A stretch of DNA of 64,000 nucleotides from an uncultured Chlamydiae bacterium. GTDB lineage: Bacteria; Chlamydiota; Chlamydiia; Chlamydiales; SM23-39. The number at the start of each line of letters is the position of its first letter. The stretch's first letter is position 1. Made by a program: the position numbers and the translations under genes. The DNA lies in NCBI GenBank assembly GCA_963730605.1, contig CAVSSM010000001.1, positions 192,001 through 256,000 on the forward strand. The letters are read 5' to 3'. The notes under the pieces are model-generated. The model was not told the origin of the DNA. It searched no databases and saw nothing but the letters and a program-made list of their open reading frames with translations. Below are positions 10,928 to 20,305 of this stretch, piece after piece.

Positions 10928-11681
10928 CGTAGGCTAATTGTACACCAAGGGGAAGTTTCCGATTTACGCTCTCGTAGTCCACCTCATGGTTCATATGGGT
11001 GATCAGAGACCTCTTAGCTCCCGCCGCTTTAGAAAAAGCTGCCGCCTCGTCGAATGAAAACATCAGCTTGGAAACCCCGTCCCGAAGGGCGCTGACAACC
11101 AAGGTGCCAACGCCGGCAAGCGCTTCAAAAATCTCTTGAGGGTAATCCTTGATGTCCGAGACGTAGGCAAAATCGCCAATTCTGTATCCAGTGACTCTCA
11201 TCCTTCCTTGAAAATAGCTGAAATAGCGGATCTTTTCCCCTAAAAAGTCAACCTCTCCCCTCTCCCCTGCCAATCTATGCAGTTCAATCTGGGCAGTCAA
11301 TGACGCTTGAGGCTCCACCGGCTTGAAGAGGTAGTGATACCGAACAGCCAAGTCCTCGGAACTCTCTTTGGAGAGAAGGAAAGGCATAGCCTTATTTTGC
11401 GTCAAATAATAGGTCCTCAGTTCGTCGATGCCGGAAATATGGTCGTAATGAGTGTGCGTCAGCAATACGCCATCGAGACGGTCGATTTTATATTTTAGCG
11501 CTTGCTGGCGATAATCGGGGCCGACGTCGATGAGGAGCGACTTCTGCCCGATCTGGACAAGCCCTGCTGGACGGAGCCTCTTGTTGTAGATGGAAGTGGA
11601 GGAGCAAACGGCGCAGCTGCATCCGATGACGGGCACACCCGTCGAGGCCCCAGTCCCCAGAAACAAAAACTTCCCGTACAT
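10899..11681 (-). CDS. phnP: MBL-fold metallo-hydrolase (PhnP-like)
   Basis: LGTGASTGVPVIGCSCAVC and THTHYDHISGIDELR; adjacent to hflX as in Chlamydiae. Confidence 0.88.
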   Translation of the reverse strand: MYGKFLFLGTGASTGVPVIGCSCAVCSSTSIYNKRLRPAGLVQIGQKSLLIDVGPDYRQQALKYKIDRLDGVLLTHTHYDHISGIDELRTYYLTQNKAMPFLLSKESSEDLAVRYHYLFKPVEPQASLTAQIELHRLAGERGEVDFLGEKIRYFSYFQGRMRVTGYRIGDFAYVSDIKDYPQEIFEALAGVGTLVVSALRDGVSKLMFSFDEAAAFSKAAGAKRSLITHMNHEVDYESVNRKLPLGVQLAYDGLEIEFGI

Positions 11682-11740
11682 AGCAAGAGATCATACGGAA
11701 TTCCCCATATTCTCCGGTAGGACGATCGAAGCATAGTCCA

Positions 11741-13174
11741 CTACATCATTGCATGGTGGTTAAAGAGAAATTTTTTGCAAAGAAGCTCCATAGCCCCATT
11801 GAGAGTGATTGAAGCTGCGGTCGCTTCTTCTCGCCGATCTTGATTCTTGTCAGCGGCAACCTCTCGACTAAGCTTGCGGTAAATTGGCTTGAGATAATTA
11901 CACCCCTCTTTTTCGTAGCGGGCGTGATCGAACGTAGTCCCATTGGGCGTCATGATGATTTTCGCATGGTCAAGGCAGTTTGGATTTAGATTGTTTTGAA
12001 TTAGCCGTGTGATATTGTCAGAATCTTGTAAATCAGAAGGATCAATTTTATTACAGTCCGTTTTTGTAGTTGGCGTGTCATCTCTAAGGGAGTTTAGTAT
12101 TTCTTCAGTGATTTCATCGATTTTTTTATGTTGTTCTTCTAATTCGGCCATTTGTTTTGCCACTTCTTCTTCCGATTCTTGTTGTCCCTTAATTGTATTA
12201 TTATAATAATCAATGAATTTCTCATGATCGGATTGATATTTTTTTAGATTTTTATTTGCTTCTTCCATTTCTTTATGATATTCTAGGCTTTTGTGTTTAA
12301 ATTCCAACCATTGAGCAGTTGTAGCATTTGCAGATTCAAGGCATCCCCCTACGTTGCTCGAATAATCCGAACACAGATTCGAAGGGGTTTCGGGCACTTT
12401 AACAACATCTAAGTTGTAGGGCGATATGGGCAGATCGAGTTTTGCATTTTTGATGCGCTCGCCCTGACGCAGATCTTGGCTGTTTATGTATAAGTTTATG
12501 CGATTCCGCTCCTCTTGAAGTCGCTCCTGGAGTTGATCTTGAATGTCAGGTTTAGTAGATCCAGGCAGTGGGGGGGGGCGGATCGTTTTTCCCCAATTTC
12601 CAGGATCGATCAACTGAATCATTCCCAGGGTATCGAGAGTAGAGATTGCAGCTCCGGAAGCATTGAATAGATGGATGAGAAATTTCCAGGCAGGCTCGTT
12701 GCGACTCATTTTAGAATAGGCATTCGCTGCTATGAAATATGTCGATAATAACGACATGGGGATTTCAAAAATCCGATTGTCAGTCCAGTATGATAAGCCA
12801 ATTGCTACCGCAGCTCCAAGGGGGCTGGCGATCCAACGAAAACTCTTTCTTGTATCGGAAGGCAAAATTTGAGAGACGAGGGACTGTTTCCAGATTTTAT
12901 TCATTTGTATAATTAGATACACGCATCTTGCCGCCGCTCTTCTTTTCGGATAAGGATCCATACATTGGGACTTTAAAATGGCGTTTAATCCGATAGTCAT
13001 CACCCCATGCAGTGCAGTGTTTAAGCAGATCCATCTATCACTTTTGGAAAAACTAGGGATGGCATCTTTCTTTATACCCAAATCACTGGAAAGGCTGTTT
13101 GGATATATTGAAAAAGTATCTTTTGGCACTTGTCCGTTTGAACTGACCCACATAAAATGTTTCGTGATTTTCAA
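11741..13174 (-). CDS. Membrane/coiled-coil protein with a C-terminal J-domain-like module (HPD replaced by AAD)
   Basis: Hydrophobic segments, a coiled coil, then LKPIYRKLSREVAADKNQD...ATAASITLNGAMELL. Confidence 0.65.
   Translation of the reverse strand: MKITKHFMWVSSNGQVPKDTFSIYPNSLSSDLGIKKDAIPSFSKSDRWICLNTALHGVMTIGLNAILKSQCMDPYPKRRAAARCVYLIIQMNKIWKQSLVSQILPSDTRKSFRWIASPLGAAVAIGLSYWTDNRIFEIPMSLLSTYFIAANAYSKMSRNEPAWKFLIHLFNASGAAISTLDTLGMIQLIDPGNWGKTIRPPPLPGSTKPDIQDQLQERLQEERNRINLYINSQDLRQGERIKNAKLDLPISPYNLDVVKVPETPSNLCSDYSSNVGGCLESANATTAQWLEFKHKSLEYHKEMEEANKNLKKYQSDHEKFIDYYNNTIKGQQESEEEVAKQMAELEEQHKKIDEITEEILNSLRDDTPTTKTDCNKIDPSDLQDSDNITRLIQNNLNPNCLDHAKIIMTPNGTTFDHARYEKEGCNYLKPIYRKLSREVAADKNQDRREEATAASITLNGAMELLCKKFLFNHHAMM
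13075..13105. repeat. 31-bp MITE remnant with TA duplication, in frame inside a CDS
   Basis: TA|TACCCAAATCACTGGAAAGGCTGTTTGGATA|TA; its ends match the element at 14150. Confidence 0.6.
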
Positions 13175-13224
13175 GGTTCTTGGTCGATTTTTAAGAAAAT
13201 CAAGGTTTTACTGCATTTAGGCAT

Positions 13225-14145
13225 TTAGGCCGGTCTTTTGTATCGACAAAGAGTCTGTGCAGCCACATTGAGGTTCCTCGAGGCTACAGTTGCCTCCTTT
13301 TGCCGATCCCGATTTTTATCGGGGGCAGCCAATAAACTGAGTTTCCGATAATTCGATTTGATATAGTTGCACCCGGCTTTTTCGAAAAGCGCTTCATCGA
13401 ATCGCTGTCCTTTCGGGGTCATGATGACTTTCGCGTGGTCAAGGCAGTCTGGATTTAGATTGTTTTGAATTAGCCGTGTGAAATCGTCCAAATCTTGCAT
13501 AGCAGAAACTTGGGGGCAGTCCGTACTGATAGTAGAGTTAGGGTCTCTCAAAAATCTCAGGAGGTCCTCCCAAATTTCATCGAGTTTTTTATGTTGTTCT
13601 TCTAATTCGGCCTTTTGTTTTGCCACTTCTTCTTCCGATTCTTGTGTTTGCGTTCTTATTTTATCGATGTCTCTCATATATTCGTCGATCGGGCCCTCGG
13701 TTTGCGCCAAAAATGTTCTTTCAATTTTTCGAGAATCAAATTCTAGCAACTGTCTTAGTTGTGCAGATTTTATCTGTTTCAATTTCAATTCAAAATTCCT
13801 CTGCCGTTCAGTATCTTGTGCATGTAATATTTCAAGAATACCTTGAGATATACCCAAACGACTTGAAGAGGTGATTTTGAGTGTCGTCGGCTCGTTTTGC
13901 TCATCAGATCTTTTGCAAACGTTTGGAATGAGACAAGAGAGTTTTGAAAAAAGATTGCATATTTGGCTAACTTTATTTAATGAGTAATTACAGATACTTT
14001 GTGTTTTGTATATGGAATAATTATAAAACTTACAGATTTCTGATTTTGGAATAACAGCTCCAGGTATAATGCTCGAGCTGAAGAAAGGAATTTGAATTTC
14101 TGGAATTATAATAATACTTCCCGAAACATTGTTACAATCTATCAT
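13225..14145 (-). CDS. Paralog of 11741..13174 with a J-like C-terminus (HPD replaced by APD)
   Basis: Shares QESEEEVAKQ.AELEEQHKK and TRLIQNNLNP.CLDHAK; IKSNYRKLSLLAAPDKNRD. Confidence 0.65.
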   Translation of the reverse strand: MIDCNNVSGSIIIIPEIQIPFFSSSIIPGAVIPKSEICKFYNYSIYKTQSICNYSLNKVSQICNLFSKLSCLIPNVCKRSDEQNEPTTLKITSSSRLGISQGILEILHAQDTERQRNFELKLKQIKSAQLRQLLEFDSRKIERTFLAQTEGPIDEYMRDIDKIRTQTQESEEEVAKQKAELEEQHKKLDEIWEDLLRFLRDPNSTISTDCPQVSAMQDLDDFTRLIQNNLNPDCLDHAKVIMTPKGQRFDEALFEKAGCNYIKSNYRKLSLLAAPDKNRDRQKEATVASRNLNVAAQTLCRYKRPA

Positions 14146-14149
14146 GTTA

Positions 14150-14309
14150 TACCCAAATCGCTTGAAAAGTTGGAATTTGGAAGAGGGAGTTCCCCAAAAT
14201 TAAATTTTCGTCTGGAGGACACACCTCGTAAATCTCCTCGAAGGGAAAATTTTGAGGCAGATAAGTGAAGCCAGCCGCCGATACCCAAACCCAACTTTTC
14301 AAGCTGTTT
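14150..14309. mobile_element. TA-targeting MITE (TACCCAAA end family), right terminus eroded
   Basis: TACCCAAATCGCTTGAAAAGTTGG ... CCAACTTTTCAAGCTGTTT. Confidence 0.65.
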
Positions 14310-14353
14310 ATTTCCTAATGTATGTATGTATTTGATGTGATTTTGCAAAACTA

Positions 14354-14640
14354 TACTACTCTCGCCCAAAAAGTGTGAATCTGCCGGCGCCCTACCCCAA
14401 AGATGATGCATCTTTGGGGACCCCTCGGACAGCCACTGAATTTGAGACCCGCCTGCACCCCACCCCAAAGACGATGCGTCTTCGGGGACCCCGGCGCTAA
14501 ACTTTTCAAGTTTAGCTGCTTCGACGCCGGCTTCGCCTGGCTCAAATTCAGAGCGCTGCTTCGCATAAAAAAAGTCCATTCAAGAACCTTTTTTATGATT
14601 TCGCAGTGGCATTTTTCACTCTTTTTGAACGGTCGCAGTA
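14354..14640. mobile_element. IS630-type MITE related to 27591..27785
   Basis: Imperfect TIRs TACTACTCTCGCCCAAAAAGTGTGAA / TTCACTCTTTTTGAACGGTCGCAGTA; internal CCCCACCCCAAAA..GATGCGTCTTCG..GCCTGGCTCAAATTCAG shared with the 27.6 kb element. Confidence 0.65.
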
Positions 14641-14643
14641 TGT

Positions 14644-15447
14644 TTAGCACCAGCACAGGTCCTTATCTGCTTTTATTTTTGCTAGACCTGCATTGCAGGT
14701 TGATAGAGCGGTGTTGCAAGATTGGAAACTACGCAAAAATTGATCTTTGTCCTTTCTATTTGACTCTAATGAATCTTGAGTTAATTTTAATTCGCCTTGA
14801 CAAAATTCTTTTTGCGATTTAGTGTATTCATTCGATTGATGACATTTTGTTTTTTCGATCGAACAATCATTCAATAATTGTGCATATTTCACAAACTCCC
14901 GATGAGTTTCTGCTGAATCATTGAGGCAAGACTTGACATTTGTCTGAGCCAGTGTTAAGTGTCCGTTCAACACCTGGCTGTGTTCCTTTTGATTTTGCAA
15001 TGTCTCTCGATAGTTAACAAAATACTCGGAAATTTTTGCAATAGCCTGATGCTGTGGATCGGTTAATGTAACATCGAGGAGACCTGCCCTTTTTATGTTC
15101 TGGACAATGACTTGTCCTGTATCTCTCTCATTTTGAATAGTTCTCAGCCTTTCTTTGCAAGCGGTTATATTATCCTTATCGAAATCGCAGCCAAGAGAAC
15201 CAAGAACATCTTGGTAGTTACTGAGCCTTGCGGAATCTTGATAGAGCCGGTCTTGATATTCATGATTTTGAGAATATAGATGCCTGATTGTTCCAAGCAT
15301 TGTTAGGGTTAGTATACCGACTAGGCCGGCCACTGTACGACCATTGTTCATGAGCGGATTGAACTGCCCCGCTGTCGATAATCCCCCACCATTAAAAACC
15401 CAACCGAAGAACAGGTTCTTCCCGGATAGTGATGATGTTGTTGCCAT
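14644..15447 (-). CDS. Hypothetical protein: N-terminal TM segment plus Cys-studded coiled coil
   Basis: GGAGG SD before ATG at 15447; hydrophobic VAGLVGILTLTMLGTI; heptad-rich remainder. Confidence 0.7.
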   Translation of the reverse strand: MATTSSLSGKNLFFGWVFNGGGLSTAGQFNPLMNNGRTVAGLVGILTLTMLGTIRHLYSQNHEYQDRLYQDSARLSNYQDVLGSLGCDFDKDNITACKERLRTIQNERDTGQVIVQNIKRAGLLDVTLTDPQHQAIAKISEYFVNYRETLQNQKEHSQVLNGHLTLAQTNVKSCLNDSAETHREFVKYAQLLNDCSIEKTKCHQSNEYTKSQKEFCQGELKLTQDSLESNRKDKDQFLRSFQSCNTALSTCNAGLAKIKADKDLCWC

Positions 15448-15490
15448 GATATCCTCCAAATTTTTGTTGTAACTAGAATGCTTTTTTCTA

Positions 15491-15512
15491 TACCCAAACA
15501 GTTGTTTGGGTA
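15491..15512. repeat. 22-bp palindromic MITE footprint
   Basis: TACCCAAACAGTTGTTTGGGTA equals the two joined ends of the TACCCAAA family. Confidence 0.5.
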
Positions 15513-15686
15513 GATTCCATTTTGGAAATCTACTTGCTCAATGTGACCTCTAACGGCTGCTTGCTGGTAAATCCATTTGACCTCTAAAAAAATGTTGGAA
15601 CAGACGTTAAGAAAATTCAAAGAATAAATCAAGTTTTTTTTTAACGGGCAGGGGCAAGGAATTGTGATGCGTCGTTACTGGAGGCG

Positions 15687-16101
15687 CTACCTCAGGACAA
15701 ACTCGGGGTAATATTCGAAGTGAGGGGATGAGTTGGCGCTGCGGTAGAGGGGGTCAATGTCGATGAAACTCTCGTTGGAGAGAAGGAAAGGCATAGCCTT
15801 ATTTTGCGTCAAATAATAGGTCCTCAGCTCATCGATGCCGGAAATATGGTCGTAATGGGTGTGCGTCAACAATACGCCATCGAGACGGTTAATTTTATAT
15901 TTTAGCGCTTGCTGGCGATAATCGGGGCCGACGTCGATGAGGAGCGACTTCTGCCCGATATGGACAAGCCCTGCCGGGCGAAGCCTCTTGTTGTACGAAG
16001 AGGTGGAGGAGCAAACGGCGCAGCTGCATACGATAACGGGCACACCCGTCGAGGCCCCAGTTCCCAGAACTTTCCTTGCATAGGAGAATGTCATACGGAA
16101 T
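15687..16101 (-). pseudogene. Chimeric duplication junction: 5' part of phnP fused to the last 78 bp of the glycosyltransferase gene
   Basis: 15767-16101 matches about 11360-11701; 15687-15764 matches 20306-20383. Confidence 0.88.
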
Positions 16102-16328
16102 GACGCATTAAAATAGTAAAGATCAAAGACGGTCGGGCTGCTCTGGGGACTTTCCCCAAAACAAGACGTTTGGGGCCCCTTTCCCCGCCGCCCCTGTGCA
16201 GCTAGCCCCGTCTTTTTTGCACAGCTTCCGCACACGCTGATTTTCTGGATCGCGGCTTCTGAGAATTTCAAACCCAGGAAATCTCCAGATCTTTTATATC
16301 CATAAGATACTAATTACTAATTATATAC

Positions 16329-16384
16329 ATAAATCAATCGACAGATCGATTGATTTATCACTTTTTTAATCGGCTGATCGATTA
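16329..16384. promoter_or_regulatory. Two AATCG-N6-CGATT palindromes upstream of the AAA ATPase gene (putative operators)
   Basis: ATAAATCAATCG-acagat-CGATTGATTTAT and TAATCG-gctgat-CGATTA. Confidence 0.45.
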
Positions 16385-16394
16385 GAATGAAATT

Positions 16395-17645
16395 ATGGCA
16401 ACACGAGGCGAATTAAAAAAAGCTTTACAGGACTGGCAGCAGTGGCTGAACAAAAACAGTCATTTGATTATCCCCAGGAGCTCCCTTCTTAGCCAACAAA
16501 AGGATCTCTGCCTAGCGCTTACTGGGGTGAGGCGTTCCGGAAAATCCTCCATGACAGTCCAATTGGCGCTGGGGCGATTGGAGGAGACCTTCTTTTTTAA
16601 TTTTGAGGACCCGATTTTTTTCCCAGGGGCCAGCGTAGAAGTACTTGATCAACTTCTCTCACTCTATGAAGAAGAAACGGGGAAAAGCCCTAAGCTAGTA
16701 ATTTTGGATGAGATCCAAAATGTCCAAGGATGGGAGCGGTGGGTACGAAAAGCAATCGACTTAGGGCATTACCAAATCGTTGTAACCGGCTCTTCTTCTC
16801 ATTTATTGAGTTCCGAGATCGCGACAGCTATTTCCGGACGGGTTATCGAACAAACTATCTGGCCCCTTTCCTTTTCCGAATATTTAATATTTTTGGGTAA
16901 AACGCCATCTACAAAGGGAGCTTGGTTACGCGCATTAGAAAATTATCTCCGTTGGGGAGGCTTTCCAAAAGTCATCTTAACACCGGACGAGAATGATCGA
17001 ATCATTTTATTAAAACAGTACCTTAGTGACATTGTGCTACGAGACGTTGTTGCAAGACACTCCATTAAAAACCAACAAGCCTTGCATCAAATAGTTAGTT
17101 TCTATTTCACAGGTCTGAGTTGTTTACATTCCTATAATTCTCTGAGAAAAGCTTTTGAAATTTCGATTGAACTAGCCTCAACTTTGACAAATTATTTGAC
17201 ACAAGCTTTCCTTGTCTTTGAAATGAGCCGTTACCATCCCAATCTCAAAGTACAAGCCCGCGACTCTAAAAAAATTTACGTGATTGACACAGGCCTGCGT
17301 ACAGTATCCTTGCAATCCGATCGAGAGGACTGGGGCCGTTTGGCGGAAAATGCTGTATATTTAGAATTAAGGCGCAATAAAAAACAAGCATTCTATTATA
17401 AACAAGCGCAAGAAGTCGACTTTGTAATTACAGAATTTGGAAAACCTGTAGATGCAATACAAGTGTGCTACTCCGATCTTGAGAATCAAGAAACGCGCAA
17501 CCGCGAGATCAATGCTTTGCTAGAATGTTTGCAGGCCTTAGAACTTCCATCAGGAAAAATCTTAACACTGTCTTTGGAAGATGTGCTCTTAAAGGAGGAG
17601 AAAGAGATTCATCTCATCCCTCTCTATCAATGGCTATCTAAATGA
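16395..17645 (+). CDS. AAA_14-type ATPase with DUF4143-like C-terminus
   Basis: GVRRSGKS, LDEIQ, TGSSS, GGFP, KKIYVIDTG, ENAVYLEL, EVDFV. Confidence 0.88.
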   Translation: MATRGELKKALQDWQQWLNKNSHLIIPRSSLLSQQKDLCLALTGVRRSGKSSMTVQLALGRLEETFFFNFEDPIFFPGASVEVLDQLLSLYEEETGKSPKLVILDEIQNVQGWERWVRKAIDLGHYQIVVTGSSSHLLSSEIATAISGRVIEQTIWPLSFSEYLIFLGKTPSTKGAWLRALENYLRWGGFPKVILTPDENDRIILLKQYLSDIVLRDVVARHSIKNQQALHQIVSFYFTGLSCLHSYNSLRKAFEISIELASTLTNYLTQAFLVFEMSRYHPNLKVQARDSKKIYVIDTGLRTVSLQSDREDWGRLAENAVYLELRRNKKQAFYYKQAQEVDFVITEFGKPVDAIQVCYSDLENQETRNREINALLECLQALELPSGKILTLSLEDVLLKEEKEIHLIPLYQWLSK

Positions 17646-17683
17646 GAGAGCTTTCAGCCAGAATTATGATTACCTCGACTTTG

Positions 17684-18212
17684 GCGCGACTGGCAGGAAT
17701 ATGACACTCAGTCACAAACAGTGAGGAGGCAATAAAACCACCAAAGCTTACCTATGCGGATCCGAGTCCGTGTAGAACTCGATCTCAGAACCCTGCGGGG
17801 GGATGCAGCTAGCTATACTGGATAACCAGTATTGACGAAGGAGCCAGGGATCGAGACTCAGGGAGGTGCCACATTTCGGCCTACATGATGCGCCAGTCCC
17901 CCAAAGTGGATGAAGCGTTGAACGGAGCAATCCGTTTCCTCTGGAACGAAACGGTTATGTCCAGAGAGACATGAGGGTGACTGGTGACATCGCCTCGAGA
18001 AAATGGTGACATATTCTGACCCAGACAGAACCCACACTAACCTACACCAGTGGGAAGCATAGTCTATAAGGCCAGTCCGAAGGGGCTATGTATACAGTGG
18101 TGAGCGCGGAACGCTCCAGTTCTTGCTCATTAGGGTTAACGAGCATGTCCGGAGGAGGCGATCGCAAGGAAAGCCAAAAGGACACACTGACATTATGAAG
18201 AGAGCAAATCTA
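17684..18212 (+). ncRNA. Probable group II intron 5' remnant (about DI-DIII plus first codons of the ORF); no DV/DVI or RT
   Basis: Starts GCGCGAC (GUGCG-like); ACTGG can pair with CCAGT near 18047; GGATCCGAGTCC, GGTGAC loops, AACGGA-GCAA-TCCGTT, a TGTCC..GAAAGCC..GGACA stem, then ATG AAG AGA GCA AAT CTA. Confidence 0.6.
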
Positions 18213-18214
18213 TC

Positions 18215-18338
18215 CAATTGCAAAACTCTTCACCGCGCAAAACCGCTCGTCGCTGCTGTCAGAACGGCATGCCGGTTCTGACGAGAGGTCGCCAAAATCA
18301 TCGATTTTTCGCAGGTGTGGAGTTTTGCAACTGCCTCT
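18215..18338. mobile_element. Palindromic MITE (GAGGCAGTTGCAAAACTC-type end) truncating the intron remnant
   Basis: TTGCAAAACTC ... GAGTTTTGCAACTGCCTC; internal hairpin GTCAGAAC..GTTCTGAC. Confidence 0.65.
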
Positions 18339-18357
18339 ATCGTGTTGAATATTTTTG

Positions 18358-18699
18358 CTATGTTAAAAGAGGACGTGATTCCGGAGGTTCATTATAATTT
18401 CTGAAAATCGCATGTCTAGCAATGGCACATATCCCTGCTATCGAACATATTGCACTAAACACAGTTAGAGTTATTGATGCTGGAGATTCAATATCATTAT
18501 TATTGATTTTGACCTCGAAACCCCAGATAGCAAATCCCACACTGCCTACGAATGCTGATACCACCTGTATGGAGGTCATTGCAAGAGCACGGCACCTCCG
18601 TGCCTCATCTCCTTGCATTGTACCCCATGCAAATTTCAATGGACCAGTAGATGCATATTTTTCCGGAAAACAGAAAGCAGCCATAGCACTTGCAACCAT
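18358..18699 (-). CDS. Small two-hydrophobic-segment membrane protein, copy A
   Basis: 113 aa, GAGGGG SD; paralog of 19695..20066. Confidence 0.72.
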   Translation of the reverse strand: MVASAMAAFCFPEKYASTGPLKFAWGTMQGDEARRCRALAMTSIQVVSAFVGSVGFAIWGFEVKINNNDIESPASITLTVFSAICSIAGICAIARHAIFRNYNEPPESRPLLT

Positions 18700-18845
18700 A
18701 TTTTTAAACCCCTCTATATTTTTGGTTTATATTTCGTCCTGTTCTAGGAGAGGAGGATCTCCCTTTTTACCAAAGGCAAAACCTTACTCGACTATCATAT
18801 TTGTTGCCAACGCTTTTTTCTTCACTCACATAAGCCCCCACCTTC

Positions 18846-19137
18846 ATGGGTGTGCGTCAGCAATACGCCATCGAGACGGTCGATTTTATATTTTAGCGCT
18901 TGCTGGCGATAATCGGGGCCGACGTCGATGAGGAGCGACTTCTGCCCGATCTGGACAAGCCCTGCTGGACGGAGCCTCTTATTGTAGATGGAAGTGGAGG
19001 AGCAAACGGCGCAACTGCATCCGATGACGGGCACACCCGTCGAGGCCCCAGTTCCCAGAAATAAGAACTTCCCATTCATAGGAGAATATCATACGGCATT
19101 CCCCATATTCTCCAGTAGGACGATCGAAGCACAGTCA
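18846..19137 (-). pseudogene. Second 5' fragment of phnP with its upstream region
   Basis: Near-identical to about 11448-11738; breaks off at THTH. Confidence 0.88.
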
Positions 19138-19227
19138 GCACTGAGGCGTATATAAAACTTCTTTCACTTCTTTATAACGAACTTATCGCCATTTTCCCCC
19201 ATGATAGATGCTTGTCTTTTGCCAATG

Positions 19228-19478
19228 GTATTTGTTCAGGGGGGTATAGCAAATTTTTTAGGTGAATATTCGCCAACATGCTAAGCTAGAACAGCATGAA
19301 CGCCAGTTACGAAGAGCTGCTCACAGAAATTCGATTGCTCCGTTACTGTTGTAACTACCCTGAAGCGTCAGGGGAAGAAATGCCTAGATTATCTTGTGGA
19401 AGCCCTAGGCGCCTGGAAAACAGGTTCGTCGGCCCACACCATTTTTAGCCAGCCCTGCTATACCCCCTGAACAAATAC
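19228..19478 (+). mobile_element. Internally deleted IS66-like element (251 bp)
   Basis: TIR GTATTTGTTCAGGGGG..TATAGCA / TGCTATACCCCCTGAACAAATAC; contains a transposase-like start MNASYEELLTEIRLLR and end LDYLVEALGAWKTG. Confidence 0.65.
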
Positions 19479-19694
19479 AAAAACACCGACATGGCCTACC
19501 CTTCAGAAACCAATTCGGTAGGGCTGCAATCCAGAGCCTTGGCAAACAAAAAAATATTTTCTAAAAATAGATTCCTCTCGCCTCTTTCAACGCTGCCCAT
19601 GTAAGCACAGTAAAGGCCCGCTGCGAAAAGCAAGCTCTTCCTGAAAAATGCACCATGACTACAAAGCTGTGGACTATCGTGTTGAATATTTTTG

Positions 19695-20066
19695 CTATGT
19701 TAAAAGTGGACTTGATTCCGGAGGTTCGTTTACAACATAATTTCTGAAAATCGCATGTCTAAGCATGGCACCTATCCCTGCTATCGCACATATTGCACTA
19801 CACACACTTAGAGCTGTTGATGCTCGAGATTCATTATCATCAAAGATATGGATTTTGACCTGGGAAGACAAGCTAGCAAATGTTATAGTGCCTCCGAATG
19901 CTAATACACCATGTATGCAGGTCATTGCAAAAGCGCGAAACCTCCGTGCCTCACTCCCTTCCATTATTGACGGAGAACTACCCCTTATAGCAAAGTCTAC
20001 CATAATTTGACCAGTAGATGCATATTTTTCCGGAAAACAGAAAGCAGCCATAGCACTTGCAACCAT
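19695..20066 (-). CDS. Small two-hydrophobic-segment membrane protein, copy B
   Basis: 123 aa; first 19 aa identical to copy A. Confidence 0.72.
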   Translation of the reverse strand: MVASAMAAFCFPEKYASTGQIMVDFAIRGSSPSIMEGSEARRFRAFAMTCIHGVLAFGGTITFASLSSQVKIHIFDDNESRASTALSVCSAICAIAGIGAMLRHAIFRNYVVNEPPESSPLLT

Positions 20067-20305
20067 ATTTTTAAACCCCTCTATATTTTTGGTTTATATT
20101 TCGTCCTGTTCTAGGAGAGGAGGATCTCCCTTTTTACCAAAGGCAAAACCTTACTCGACTATTATATTTGTTGCCAATGCTTTTTTCTTCACTCACATAA
20201 GCCCCCACCTTCATGGCCAGAGCTAAACACAGCCTTACTTCCGAAGGCAGAAAGGAGCACGGGGGTTCCCCCGCGCACACGACCCTCCCGAAGCATAATG
20301 CAGTC

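Noticed and set aside
15687..16271. 194-aa ORF as a real hydrolase-glycosyltransferase fusion
   Set aside because: The phnP start is broken by a small deletion and the MBL domain is truncated; it is a duplication scar.
18358..20066. Possible DGR template/variable repeat pair
   Set aside because: Differences are not adenine-specific, they include indels, and there is no RT or Avd gene.
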